Assembly: GCA_951406725.2 (NCBI GenBank)
Contig: OX597836.1
Span: 18,848,001 to 18,912,000 of the forward strand
DNA from: Octopus vulgaris
Lineage: Eukaryota
Direction: 5' to 3'
Length of the DNA stretch: 64,000 nucleotides
Shown here: positions 38,749-53,864 of the stretch, in pieces
How positions within the stretch are numbered: the first letter of the stretch is position 1
Layout: each line of letters starts with the position of its first letter
The notes under the pieces: generated by a model
What the model was told of the DNA's origin: nothing
Databases searched by the model: none
The model's input: the letters and a program-made list of their open reading frames with translations, nothing else
Program-made: the position numbers and the translations under genes

Positions 38749-39526
38749 TATTTCTTTACTACCCACAAGGGGTTAAACACAGAGGGGACAAACAAGGACA
38801 GACAAACGGATTAAGTCGATTACATTGACCCCAGTGCGTAACTGGTATTTAATTTATCGACCCCGAAAGGATGAAAGGCAAAGTGGACCTCGGAGGAATT
38901 TGAACTCAGAACGTTACGACAGACGAAATACCTATTTCTTTACTACCCACAAGGGGCTAAACACAGAGAGGACAAACAAGGACAGACAAACGGATTAAGT
39001 CGATTACATTGACCCCAGTGCGTAACTGGTACTTAATTTATCGACCCTGAAAGGATGAAAGGCAAAGTCGACCTCGGTGGTATTTGAACTGAGAACGTAA
39101 CGTCAGACGAAATACCTATTTCTTTATTACCCACAAGGGGCTAAACACAGAGAGGACAAACAAGGACAGACAAACGGATTAAGTCAATTACATCGACCCC
39201 AGTGCGTAACTGGTACTTAATTTATAGACCCCGAAAGGATGAAAGGCAAAGTGGATCTCGGAGGAATTTGAACTCAGAACGTAACGTCAGACGAAATACC
39301 TATTTCTTTACTACCCACAAGGGGCTAAACTCAGAGAGGACAAACAAGGACAGACAAACGGATTAAGTCGATTACATCGACCCCAGCGCGTAACTGCTAT
39401 TTAATTTATCGACCCCAAAAGGATGAAAGGCAAAGTCGACCTCGGCGGAATTTGAACTCAGAACGTAACGGCAGACGAAATACGGCTACGCATTTCGCCT
39501 GGCGTGCTAACGATTTTGCCAGCTCG
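38749..39526 (-). mobile_element. Nin-domain SINE tetramer (one head plus ~184-bp tandem units)
   Basis: tatttcttta.tacccacaagggg recurs at about 38749, 38933, 39117 and 39301. Candidate TSD gaatgaaa(c/t)a. Confidence 0.9.
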
Positions 39527-39660
39527 GAATGAAATAAAGACAAAGTGAAGAACGTTAGCGTCATCTCACACAACTCAAAGATTGAGTAATATCTGTTGCT
39601 GTTAGCAGAGCCGTTTTAGCTGATATTATAGCGCGCCCTATATCCAACTAAATCTATACA

Positions 39661-40087
39661 CTCTTACTCTTTTACTCTTTTACTTGTTTCAGTCATTTGA
39701 CTGCGGCCATGCTGGAGCACCGCCTTTCGTCGAGCAAATCGACCCCGGGACTTATTCTTTTTGTAAGCCCAGTACTTATTATATCGGTCTCTTTTTGCCG
39801 AACCGCTAAGTGACGGGGACGTAAACACACCAGCATCGGTTGTCAAGCAATGCTAGGGGAACAAACACAGACACACAAACACGTACACGCACACACACAT
39901 ATATATATATATATACATATATACGACAGGCTTCTTTCAGTTTCCGTCTACCAAATCCACTCACAAGGCATTGGTCGGCCCGGGGCTATAGCAGAAGACA
40001 CTTGCCCAAGATGCCACGCAGTGGGACTGAACCCGGAACCATGTGGTTGGTTAGCAAGCTACTTACCACACAGCCACTCCTGCGCCT
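39661..40087 (-). mobile_element. OR-like tRNA/CORE SINE, full length
   Basis: Near-identical to 20424-20830. Confidence 0.9.
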
Positions 40088-41493
40088 ATACTGGGCACTG
40101 TGATACTTATTTATTTACAGCAAATGACAGTATATATAAATCAGAGTTGAGGACTAGACCCCTAAGCATCAGTATGACAATACCGTAAGAAAACACAGGA
40201 AGTCAACGTTGGAGTAGCTGTTACCGACATTAGCCATGATTATTTATCCCAAAACGATGAAGTGGAAAAGTTGGCTTCGGTGGGATTTGAACACAGAGCC
40301 TGGAGAGCCGAAACAAATGTCGCAATCTACTCTATCCGCGGCTTTAACGACCCTGCTAATCAACCACATTGCACACAATCAACCACATTGCACACGCACA
40401 CACACACACGTCTATATACACATATATATATAGGCACATATATATACATACACCTCTCTATACATATATATATATATATGTATGTATATATGTATATATA
40501 TACATATATGTGTATATGTATGTGTGTGTTTATATATATATATGTATGTATATATATATATGTATGTATATATATATATATATGTATGTATATATATCTA
40601 TATGTATATATGTGTTTGTATATATGTGTGTGAATATGTGTTCGTATATATATCTATATGTATTTATATATTGTATTATCTATATGTATAAATATAGATA
40701 CATACAATCATACTTCTATACACACATTTATCTTTGCATATATAGGCATACATATACACATCTATCAGTTTCTATGTAGCTATATTTATAGATAATTACA
40801 TACATACATACATACATACATATTAATATACATATATAGATATTTCTATATATATATATGTGTGTGTGTGTCTGTGTCTGTGTGTATGTGTGTATGTAAA
40901 CACACACATCGACACACACATCCTCACTCGTAAACCGAAGACGTGCTATATGTGATGTTTACAGAACTATAACTATATAAATACTGAAAGATGTCTATAT
41001 GTGTGCGTGTATGTGTGTGTGTGTGTGCAAATATCTGTAATAATCATCTTTCAATGGAAAACGACAAAGCTTTAATTAAGACACCAATTTAAAATATTTC
41101 ATATAATTAGATTTAACTACAGCAACTCAATTATTTCGTTCAATTTGTTAAAACTACTTTAATCAATGTCGTTCTTATTCTCTCAGTTCCTCGTCATCGC
41201 CATTATCATCCTCATCGTCGTCTTCGTTGTTGTCATCATTCTTTTCGTTTGTTCCGGATGTGAGTGGCGGGAGACATTATTCCTTTTGATGATGGAAAAA
41301 GATCTGAATAATTTCAACAACGTGAGACACCGCCTGACCTTTGTCAGCGTGTGTGTATTGTGCGGACGGACGTAAACGTGAACATATGTATGTAAGCGCG
41401 AGTTTGTGTGTCTCTAAATATGTATGCTATTTGTAAGTTAAGTAAATGTGTTTATATGTATGTGTGTGTGGGAATGTAGTTATTTGAATACAT

Positions 41494-41530
<37 letters not shown>

Positions 41531-41531
41531 C

Positions 41532-41609
<78 letters not shown>

Positions 41610-41674
41610 TCAAATAGATACACATCACATATACACATATACATATAAGCACATTTACGTATATACTACAAATA

Positions 41675-41725
<51 letters not shown>

Positions 41726-41757
41726 CTACGCTCACACACACACATACATATATATAT

Positions 41758-41894
<137 letters not shown>

Positions 41895-42014
41895 AAAATG
41901 AGAGTGAGAAATTAGATATTAATTTAATTAACATCGGTTTCACACAAGTCTAGCATATAAAAAACTGAAGGTTCAGTAAAATTGTATTATATACAATTTT
42001 CCCTTTAATATGTA

Positions 42015-42117
<103 letters not shown>

Positions 42118-42360
42118 ACTGTGTCTGCAGATTGATTCTTTTTTAGTGCCTTATTATTTAACACACACACCGGTTCGATTTCCACTCATTTACTTATTTA
42201 TTTTTTTCTGAAATTCTTCGTTGCGTCTTGCAACCTTTTCAATAGCCGTGAGTGTGTTAAATAGATAATACGGCAATAAAAGAGAACGACTCTCCACAGA
42301 TAATAATATATGCTTCAACACGTGAATTCACAAAAAGAATCTTGCAAACCAAATACAAAC

Positions 42361-42435
<75 letters not shown>

Positions 42436-42554
42436 GTGAGCATATGCTTGTTTGTGATTTACGCGTAGACACATATACGTGTTTTTGTCTGTTGTTTTTT
42501 TTTACTTTAAAAGATTATACTATTAGCAATGTATTCACTATACACAAATAAGCA

Positions 42555-42589
<35 letters not shown>

Positions 42590-43184
42590 GCGCACATGAA
42601 AAGCCATGCTACCTACACAAGACGTCAAATCATTGACCAATCACCACAAGACTTAGCACTGGTCAAGCCACCCTTTTTCTTAGTCTTGGCTCCAACTTCC
42701 ATTTACAACGAAGATACGACCAAAACCATGAAAAAAGCGAAATTAAGTTATTGGGTCACCTAAAGTTGAAAAACCTCCTATGTGAAAGTCTTCCCATGAT
42801 AAATACTGACCTGCTAAATAAACAGTTAAATCCTTAAAAAATGTAGTCTTTGATTAACTATGTTTGAAAGGATTTAGAATGGTCACGGCTGAACCACTTT
42901 TGATCACAGCTCATTTCATCTCCTTTGTTAATTGAAAGAGATGGTACAACACTGTGGTTCACTGTAGACTGACATAGAATATCATACTATGCTGTACAAT
43001 GCCAGATAGTATCGTAGAATACAGCATAGTACCGTAGAGTACCGCATTTGACCATACAAAGTTCTGAAGAATAGCATGAAACACCGTAGACAACTTTCAG
43101 TAATGTAAAGTACCGTAAAATACTGAACACTATCGTTTAATCACGTAAAATACCATTGTGTAGTGTCGAGTACTATATAATGCT

Positions 43185-44504
43185 GTAGAGTACTGTACGA
43201 TATCAATACAATACAATAGAGTACTGTACGATATCAATACAATACAGTAGAGTACTGTACGATATCAATACAATACAGTAGAGTACTGAACGATATCAAT
43301 ACAATACAGTAGAGTACTGTACGATATCAATACAATACAGTAGAGTACTGTACGATATCAATACAATACAGTAGAGTACTGCACGATATCAATACAATAC
43401 AGTAGAGTACTGTACGATATCAATACAATACAGTAGAGTACTGAACGGTATATATACAATACAGTAGAGTACCGAACGATATCAATACAATACACTAGAG
43501 TTCCGTACGATATCAATACAATACAGTAGAGTACTGTACGATATCAATATCATACAGTAGAGTACTGTACGATATCAATACAACACAGTAGAGTACTGAA
43601 CGATATCAATACAATAGAGTAGAGTACTGTACGATATCAATACAATACAGTTGAGTACTGAACGATATCAATACAATGCAGTAGAGTACTGTACGATATC
43701 AATACCATACAGTAGAGTACTGTACGATATCAATACAATACAGTAGAGTACTGTACGATATCAATACAATACAGTAGAGTACTGAACGATATCAATACCA
43801 TACAGTAGAGTACTGAACGATATCAATACAATACAGTAGAGTACTGAACTATATCAATACAATACAGTAGAGTACTGTACGATATCAATACCATACAGTA
43901 GAGTACTGTACGATATCAATACCATACAGTAGAGTACTGTACGATATCAATACAATACAGTAGAGTACTGTACGATATCAATACAGTAGAGTACTGTACG
44001 ATATCAATACAATACGGTAGAGTACTGTACGATATCAATACAATACAGTAGAGTACTGTACGATATCAATACAGTAGAGTACTGTACGATATCAATACAA
44101 TACAGTAGAGTACTGAACGATATCAATACCATACAGTAGAGTACTTAACGATATCAATACCATACAGTAGAGTACTGTACGATATCAATACAATACAGTA
44201 GAGTACTGTACAATATCAATACAATACAGTAGAGTACCGAACGATATCAATACAATACAGTAGAGTACTGTACGATATAAATACAATATAGTAGAGTACT
44301 GTACGATATCAATACAATACAGTAGAGTACTGTACGATATCAATACAACACAGTAGAGTACTGAACGATATCAATACAATAGAGTAGAGTACTGTACGAT
44401 ATCAATACAATACAGTAGAATACTGTACGATATCAATACCATACAGTAGAGTACTGTACGATATCAATACAACACAGTAGAGTACTGAACGATATCAATA
44501 CAAT
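43185..44504. repeat. 31-bp tandem satellite, about 42 copies
   Basis: Unit AGAGTACTGTACGATATCAATACAATACAGT with point variants and occasional 5-bp deletions. Decayed related sequence on both flanks. Confidence 0.95.
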
Positions 44505-44855
44505 GCCATACAGTGTTCTATGTAAACATTCAGTCAGGCAAAGTTCCATCAACACCGTTAGAGTACCATTAACATAATAAAGTATCGTACACTAGTGTCA
44601 GTCACCTAAAGTACCGTGGAGTACAGTACAAAGCCGGTTAGTACCGTTTAAGTTTTGCAAAGTACCGTATATTAATATTCAATCACCTGAAGTATCGAAT
44701 TTCTTTAATGCTTTATTACAATTTAATATTTTTGGCACTTCCCATCCCTCTCCCTCTGTCTTCTGCCCTTCCTTCCCCCGTCCTCTCCCCCTCCCCTTCC
44801 TCCACCCTCGTTTGAAGTTGACACTTTACCATGTGTGTATCTGTGTGTTTTTGTA

Positions 44856-44886
<31 letters not shown>

Positions 44887-45193
44887 TTCTATATTGTTTG
44901 TCTGTGTATGATTGTATGTTATGTGTGCGTGTGTATCTGCTTGTGTGTCTGTATACGTTTGTATATTGCGTTTGTTTGTGAATGCCTATGCGTGTGTGAG
45001 TGCGTGGGTGTCTGTGTGTGCGTGCCTGTGTGTGCATGTGTGTGTGCCTGTGTGTGTGCCTGTGTGTGTGTGTGTGTGTCTGTGTGCGTGTGTATGTGAC
45101 TGCATATGTTTGCACATTGTATGTGTTTAGTTTTTCAAATACGCGTTGTAAAAGATGGAACAATAGAAATATTAAAAAATAGGGAGAAAGGAA

Positions 45194-45247
<54 letters not shown>

Positions 45248-45694
45248 AAAACAAAGAAATACAATAACGAAGAAAACAAACGAAGATACAAGGCAAACAA
45301 ACAAACAAATGGGAAAAAGAAAAGAAAAGAAAAGAGAGAAAGAAAAAACGAAAAAGAAAGAAGTAAAGCAAAGAGCAGAACAAGCAAATATTTTGCGTTC
45401 GTCTGGAGCAAATATTTTCAATCCATCTGAAAAGAGGAGAGATGTCTTTTCAATCAGTTGTAGGCATTGATTTGTTGTAGAAACCTATTGAACAGCTATT
45501 GTTGTTGCACTCAATAAATTTTTCACAGAGAAAACAAATCAGTGAAAAAAATGTAAGCGGGGGAGGGGAGTAAGAGGCTTCCGGTGTGATCCTCACACAG
45601 CCAAAGAGCACAGAGTATCTATCCTTCCTATTGCAGAGTGTGATGCGATTTGGTTGCTATTTCTATTACCGCTACTGCTGCTGCTGCTGCTGCC

Positions 45695-45782
<88 letters not shown>

Positions 45783-46212
45783 GTGATGATGATAATGGTG
45801 GTGGTGGTTATGATGGTTATAATGATGAGGAGCATGAGTAGGATGATAATGAGAGAGATGAGGAGGAAAAGAGGAAAGAGGGAAAGGGGAGAGTGAGGGA
45901 GGAGATGGATGTGCGATGGAGTTGGTTTTGAGGGTATGAGGCTTGTGATGATGACGATGAGGATGATGATGAGGACGATGACGACGATAATGACGATGAC
46001 GATAACGACGACAAAGATGAATATATTGACGACGATAATGAATATGACGACGAAGTGATGATGATGATGGCAACAAGGACGATGATGACAACGATGATGT
46101 TGCCGACGATAACGACGATGACGATGAGGAAAATGATGATGATGAGGATTATGACGACCAACACCACAACCCACAACCGCATATTCGTCAAACGATATAA
46201 TGAACACACACA

Positions 46213-46286
<74 letters not shown>

Positions 46287-47185
46287 CACACTACTCAATG
46301 TCACTCAATAAAACAAGTTTCTCAATGAATCATTAAATCCCATCGACCATCGGAATCTTGAAAAAGAAAACCTCCTTTAAAACAATACTTTCTCTCTTGA
46401 CCGCCATCTTCACGTATCATCGTCATCATCACCATCATTATCATTCTCACCATTTTCTTTCTCTTTTTTAATTTATTTTATTATTTACTGTTGTATTGTT
46501 TGTTTTTGTTGCGTTTCACTTCTTTTCTCTACTTTTTTCGTTTTCGTTTTATTCTTTTGTTGTTACCATTGTTTCTTTTGTTGTTTTCGTCTCATTGTTT
46601 TCGTCCTTTCTTTCCTTTCTTCAGTGCAATAATCCAATCTTAATTGATTAAAGACAATTGCCATTCTCACTTGCAATGATTTTCTTCGTATTCCGACGTT
46701 CTCAAAATTCGCAAAAAGCAACAAAAAAAAAACAGTGAAGGGCTATTGTAAATGACACTGAGCAATCGTGGTTGTGTGGTAAGGAGTTTACTTACCAGCC
46801 ATATAGTTTCGGGTTCAGTCCCACTGCGAGACACTTAGTACAAGTGTCTTCAACTATGACCTCGGACCGACAAAAGCCTCGTGAGTGGATCTAGTGGATG
46901 GAAACTACTTCAAGTTCGGAGAAATCAAGCACTATTATGGTGATATCATTCACGAAAGCAGACACATCTATGTTGTGTCTCAGCTGGAGCAAACCCACGC
47001 TCATCTCATCTAATTTCAGTTGCAACAACAACAACCATGGCAAAAGGGTTTTGGGCAAAGGGTCTTAAATGTTCTTGATATCTGAAGCATCAAGGCTTCC
47101 TGCATCACCACTATCCCACTATTCGAATTCTTTAACGTTACAGTATCCGAAATCGCTCTCCCACTCTCTCACTCTCTCTCTTCCA

Positions 47186-47282
<97 letters not shown>

Positions 47283-48379
47283 ACACTCACTTTTTTCTTC
47301 TGTTCCTCTGGCCTCACCTTCATTTCAAAATACAAATTCCCTCCGAACCTGTCCTTCACATTCATCCATAACTGATTACACCGAATCAGTTCCTCCAAAA
47401 TATTTGATAGAAGGATCAGACTCTATTATTATCATCATTCAAATTAATAAATCATTTCTATTTGTAGAGAAACCCAAACATCTATCTCTCGTAAAATATT
47501 TTCAATGCCTTCTTTTCTTTTTTCTTACATCATGTTTGACTAATCCGTAAGAAAGATTATCACTTATTTGGTGGAAGCCAAATTATATTCCATACATATT
47601 TTCTTCGATGGACCCTGCAGCTTTATAAAGAGTCATATCTTGGGGGTTTTCCCTTCATTTCTTCACAACTGTTTCAGAAATATAACACATATCCTCTTCC
47701 TGGCGAATTTCATGAAATTTTCTTCTTTTATTTTTATTTTTTAACAATAAATTCAAGTCTGACAGCAAACATGACGCTTCCGGCATTTACAAACCTGGTT
47801 TTATGGAGAGATTCCATGTTTTTTGTTTCTTTCTGTCGTTATTTCTCATTATATTCTGTTCATTAACGTTATTGCCGTTGATATTGTTACAAGGCACGCC
47901 ATTTTGTTTGTGTTGGTGCTTCTGTTATCTTCTTGCTGTTCTTGTTGTGCGTGCTTAGCATATTTGAGCTAATTTCAACATTTTCAGTATTGCTTGTAAC
48001 ATCAAAGGCATACAAAATATTAATTTGGAACGCCGCTACCATCGTGATCGGTACTGCCTGTCACTACTTCCTCAGTAGTCACATTGTCAAATCTTTTTGC
48101 TATCTCCACGGCAGCCATGTTGTTAAATATTTTGCTACCTCCACGGCAGCCATCTTTTGCTACCTCCGCTGCAGCCATGTTGTTAAACATTCTACTCGAA
48201 AAACAAGCAGAATAACAAATATTTAATATTTTTCACGAGTTGCAACATTTTGAACATATTTTGTTTCAACACTTCTTCCGGAAATGTTAACAAAAGATTC
48301 AAAACAAACAAAAGATGTCAACAGAGTTTAACTTAAATTTAAGGAAAAAGTTAAATTTTAAATGCAATTGCAATCGATG

Positions 48380-48441
<62 letters not shown>

Positions 48442-48453
48442 TATATTATTAAA

Positions 48454-48487
<34 letters not shown>

Positions 48488-48685
48488 GTAATAATAATGA
48501 TAATAATAATAATAATGATAATAATAATATTAATAATAATGTATATTAATGATAATAATAATAATAGTAACAACAACAATAGTAAAAATAATAGTAATAA
48601 AAACGACGACATCAGCAGTAGCAATAGTAAGAATAGCTGTACCAACAATGGCAACAACTACAATAATGATAATGATGATGATGAT

Positions 48686-48730
<45 letters not shown>

Positions 48731-48896
48731 CGTCGTCATCATCATAACCATGATCATGATTATGATCATGATGGTATCGGTGTGATGATGATGATAGTGT
48801 GGATGATGATGATGATGGTGGTGATGATAATGATGATGATGTTGATGATGATGATGATGACGACGACGACGACGACGACGACGATGATGATGACGG

Positions 48897-48940
<44 letters not shown>

Positions 48941-48979
48941 GTGATGATGGTGATGGTGATGATGATGATGATGACGATG

Positions 48980-49215
48980 ACGTTGATCCTCCAGGGCATG
49001 TTGATTTACACTGCCAGGGAGATTAAGGCATATCCTCCCGATATTGTTATCAAAAGAGCCTCAGGAAAGGAAATGGCTCTCAACGGCCATATCAGTTCCA
49101 ACAGACAACAATACAGCTTTTCATAGAATTGCAGAAATTATCCGAATGCAAACGCTTTTCTGGGAAATAGAGATAAACAGAATGGTCCAGGTTTGGAAAC
49201 AAATACAGTTCTAAT
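48980..49215 (+). mobile_element. R4/Dong-like RLE endonuclease fragment embedded in (GAT)n
   Basis: Across frameshifts: MLIYTAREIKAYPPDIVIK / EPQERKWLSTAISVPTDNN / ELQKLSECK / EIEINRM / GLETNTVLI, matching I.TDREI.ANRPDIVI....IDI..P.D.N...KE..KL.KY..LEIE..RMW. Confidence 0.7.
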
Positions 49216-49264
49216 AATGATGATGATGATTGATGATGATGATGATGATTGATGATGATGATGT

Positions 49265-49316
<52 letters not shown>

Positions 49317-49516
49317 AGTGGTGGTGATGGTGATGTAGGAATCGCTTAAAGGTATAGCCGGCAAATACACAACCAATGTAGCACACATACACACATATAT
49401 ATATAACGTATAAATAATATATATAAAAATATATAAACACATACACATATATGTATGTATACATACGCATACTCATATATACATGCATATATGTGTATAT
49501 GAGTATATGATATATA

Positions 49517-49582
<66 letters not shown>

Positions 49583-50700
49583 CCACATAACTTCCATAAA
49601 CTAACACTACAATACATTGTATACACGACATTGAGTGCTTAGAACGGAAGGCAAAAAAAAACTAAAAAATTAATCAGTGCGCATGCGTAAGGAAAAGAGA
49701 GAAGTCTGTTCGTTTATACAGTAAAAGCTCGAAACAAAATTTTTAAAAAACGACAAAACTACTACATCAACGAGGTAAATTATGAGGACGAGGAGGAGGA
49801 CGAGGAGGAGGACGAGGAGGAGGACGACGAGGAGGAGGACGACGAGGAGGAGGACGACGGGGAGGAGGAGGGGGAGGAGGAGGAGGAGAATTAATAATAA
49901 TGATGGCGACTAAAACGTTGATGATATTCAAGAGGATGTGGATGATGACGTGATATTGGTGGTTGGCGAGCTGGCAGAATCGTTAGCACGCCGGGCGAAA
50001 TGCTTAGCGGTATTTCGTCTGCCGTTGCTTCTGAGTTCAAATTCCGTCGAAGAATAACAACAACAACAACAACAACAACAACAGCAACAAGAACATGAAT
50101 AACAACAACAACAGCGACAACAACAGCAACAGCAACAAGAACAATTTTTCCTGACCGATAGTTGTTAATTATTAAGACGATTCTAAAGTGTTAAAAATGG
50201 CGGCTAATGTGGTGTAGAAGCAATGGAGGTGTTTCATGGTTGTCGAAATGTTGTAAGTGTATGGTGTCTAGAAGTGCTATAGACGTGTGCTGGCTATCCT
50301 GCTTCAATGGTGGCTGTTTGAAAATTTGATATATTTTGTCGGTCGTTTTTTCTTGTGTATTTGTCTCGATTTTATTTTGTTGATATGTTTTATAAAATTT
50401 TGTTTTTGATATTTTGTTATTTTGGAATTTTTGCAAGTGGGCGTCGCTTGCTTGTTTGAGAGAGTTTTTTTTTATTTATTTCATTTTTTTTTCAGTGAAG
50501 GGTGAGAGTTATTGAATACTTGATCTGTGGAATTAGCAATAGAAACAATTAAGAATATACTGAATACGATACGATGTCTACGGTGATGCTGATGATGAGG
50601 AGGTGGAGGAGGAGGAGGGGGGAGGGGATGGCAGTGGTGGGGGTGATGAAGTGCAGGAAAAAAGGAGGCTGGATAGTAATGCAACAGCGACAAAAACAGC

Positions 50701-50765
<65 letters not shown>

Positions 50766-50786
50766 TCATAATAATAATAATAATAA

Positions 50787-51792
50787 ATGCCCTGATGCAG
50801 TGCCAGGCAGGGACTCTCATGGCTTTTGATCTTAATTGATTGGAAGTGTTATCAAATTGCTTATCAGCTGTTTGACCTTAATCAGTTGAGCATGTCCCTT
50901 AGGAGCTGACAATATGTGCATCTCTTATTACGAGCAGAAGTAGTGGTGGAGCATCACAGCCATGAGTTGAAAGGAATTCTTTAGGGTTTGGATAATTCAC
51001 CCTTGGAAATATGGGTGTTTCGTTCAACATCCTTAAATAACCTTTATTATTGGAACTTTTGAGCAGGATGGGCTTCTCGACCTGAAGAAAATTCTATCTG
51101 GGCCCCACCTGCAAGGTCATACGTTGTTTATCTTGATATGAGATCACCGTGTCGCGCACATATGGTTGTGATGTATGTGCCTGATGTACCCTTATCAGAT
51201 GGGTAGTCATGATGGGTATACTGGGTTTCGTATGTTTTACCTCAGTATCACTTTGATGGCATGCACTGCTCTCTCATTCAATAATAATAATAATAATAAT
51301 ATGTACATGATTTGTATTGGTATAAAAGAAGGCCTACAACAAATATTCTGCTCAATATCACAGATTTGCTTGTCAGTTGTTTGACTTTAACCAGTTGAGA
51401 ATGTCCCTTGGTGGCAGACGATATGTACATCTCTGATCACGAGCAGAAGTAGTGGGAGAATATCATAGCGATGAGTTGGGAGGGAATCTTTGGGGTTTGA
51501 ATAATTCAGATCTGGAAACATGGGTGTTTCGTTCAACATCCTTAAACAGCCCTTATTCAGGGACCTTTTGAGCGGGATGGATTACACGACCTGAAGAAAA
51601 TTCTAACTGGGTCCCACCTGCAAGGTCATACGCTGTGCTGTTTATCTTGATATGAGATCACCATGTCGCGCACATATGGTTGTGATGCATGTGCCTGGTG
51701 TACCCTTATCAGACGGATAGTCATGATGAATATACTGGGCTTCGTATATTTTACCCCATTGTCACTTTGATGGCATGCACTGCTCTCTCACC
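50787..51792. mobile_element. Two tandem copies of a ~500-bp interspersed repeat bounded by (AAT)n
   Basis: 50787-51280 and 51302-51792 align (e.g. gatatgagatcacc.tgtcgcgcacatatggttgtgatg, cactttgatggcatgcactgctctctca). Each ends in (AAT)n. Confidence 0.8.
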
Positions 51793-51799
51793 CAATAAC

Positions 51800-51942
<143 letters not shown>

Positions 51943-53186
51943 CAACAACTACAACGACAACAACAACTGTGGTCCCTTTATCCTTATCATTATATTTTTT
52001 CGTTAATATTAATCTACTCTATTCATGATTTAATTTGGTTTACATTGTTTTTCGTCTTCGTTTGTTTTGTTTTGTTTTGTTTTTTCCTTTTGTTCCTGTG
52101 TTTATATTGTTGTTTTTGTTGTTTTTGTTGTTGTTGTTGTTGTTTATTCCTCAGGTTGCGTTGATTACTTTGCTATCATTAATATTTTACAAATAACTGT
52201 AGCCACCACCACTACTACCACCACCACCACCACCACCACCACCATCACCATCACCGTCGTCGTCGTCGTCGTCGTCGTCGTGTCGTTGTCAACATTAATA
52301 TCAGCGATAGCGTATCATTTACCGTATCAACATTATCATCCTCCGTCTGCATTTACTTCCAACTCTGCACCCCCCTCTCCCCTCTCTCTCTCTCTCTCTC
52401 TCTCTCTCATCCCTCTCCTCACTCGCTCTCATTCCTCTCCTCTCCCTCTCATCGTCAGCAGCATCATCGTTATTATCGTCATCGTTATCATCGTTATACT
52501 TATGATGATGATCATCATCATCGTCATCATTACCATTGTTATTGTCATCATCATCATCATCATTACCACCACTATCACCACCACCATCACCACCACTACC
52601 ATCATTATCATCATCACTCCCGTCATCATCATCATCATTATCACCACCTCCGAACCACCATCACACCACCATCACCACCTTCACCACCACCATCACCACC
52701 ATCAGCACCACACACCACCACCATCACCACCATCGCAACCACTACCATCATATCATCATCATTATCACCACCTCCCCACCACCATCACCAGCACCATCAC
52801 CACCATCACCACCACTACCATCATTATCATCATCACGCCCGTCATCATCATCATCATCATTACCACCACCATCACCACCATCACTACCATCACCACCATC
52901 ACCACCACCATCACCACCACCATCACCACCATCACCACCATCATTATCATCATCACTCCCGTCATCATCATTGTCATTATCACTGTTTTCAGCATCGTCA
53001 TATTCATCACCGTCGTCATCATCATCATCATTACCATCATCATATTATCATCATTTCCATGGTCATCACCATCATCAACATCACTCTTATTGTTGCTGCT
53101 GTTACTGCTGCTGCTGCTGCTGTTGTTGTTTTTCTAAGATTTATACTTTTGAGGTTATTGTTACGATTGCTCTTGAAGTTTTTAGT

Positions 53187-53564
53187 CACGGGTGGGGTGT
53201 GGGTTAGGCTGAGGGTTGGGGTATGTGGGTAGATCGTGTGAGCGAACGTGAGGACAGTGGTTCAATCTGCTTGAAATAGTAGCACACCTTCAAATGACAG
53301 TACAACGTCTTCAAAATGGACTCATGTATTGCCTAATGTGGTCGTGGTTATGGCCAGAGCACCTGGTCTAGCAAACCCGAAATGAAAGGTGCTCTGGCCA
53401 TAACCGCGACCACATTAGGCAATACATGAGTCCATTTTGAAGACGTTGTACTGTCATTTGAAGGTGTGCTACTATTTCAAGCAGATTGAGCCACTGCCCT
53501 CACGTTCGCTCACTCGATCTACCCACATACCCCAACCCTCAGCCTAACCCACACCCCACCCGTG
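53187..53564. repeat. Long fold-back inverted repeat: 178-bp arms, 22-nt loop, 4 mismatches
   Basis: 53187-53364 is the reverse complement of 53387-53564. Confidence 0.95.
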
Positions 53565-53864
53565 CTTACACCACTCTCGCCTCCCCCACCTCCCAACAAC
53601 ATCACACCACACCACACCACACTTCACCATGCCACACTACACATCACATCGCAACACACCACCCACACACCAGCACTGACCAATTCCCATCCCCACATTT
53701 TCACACCTACACACACCTACACGCACACGTTAAAACCACCAGCCCTCCTTCACACGCACATACATACTCTCTTATACACACACGCACCTTTGTTTTTTTG
53801 GGGCGGGTCATTTTTACTTTGTTATCTCCCTTATTTCTTCACTCTCCTTTGTGAACCTTCTGTC

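Noticed and set aside
43185-44504. CRISPR-like array (31-bp partly palindromic repeat)
   Set aside because: Units are directly adjacent with no unique spacers, there are no cas genes, and the context is eukaryotic. It is a satellite.
52067-53207. Long Thr/Ile/His/Pro-rich ORFs
   Set aside because: (CAC/CAT)n trinucleotide repeats read in several frames; no splice or homology support.
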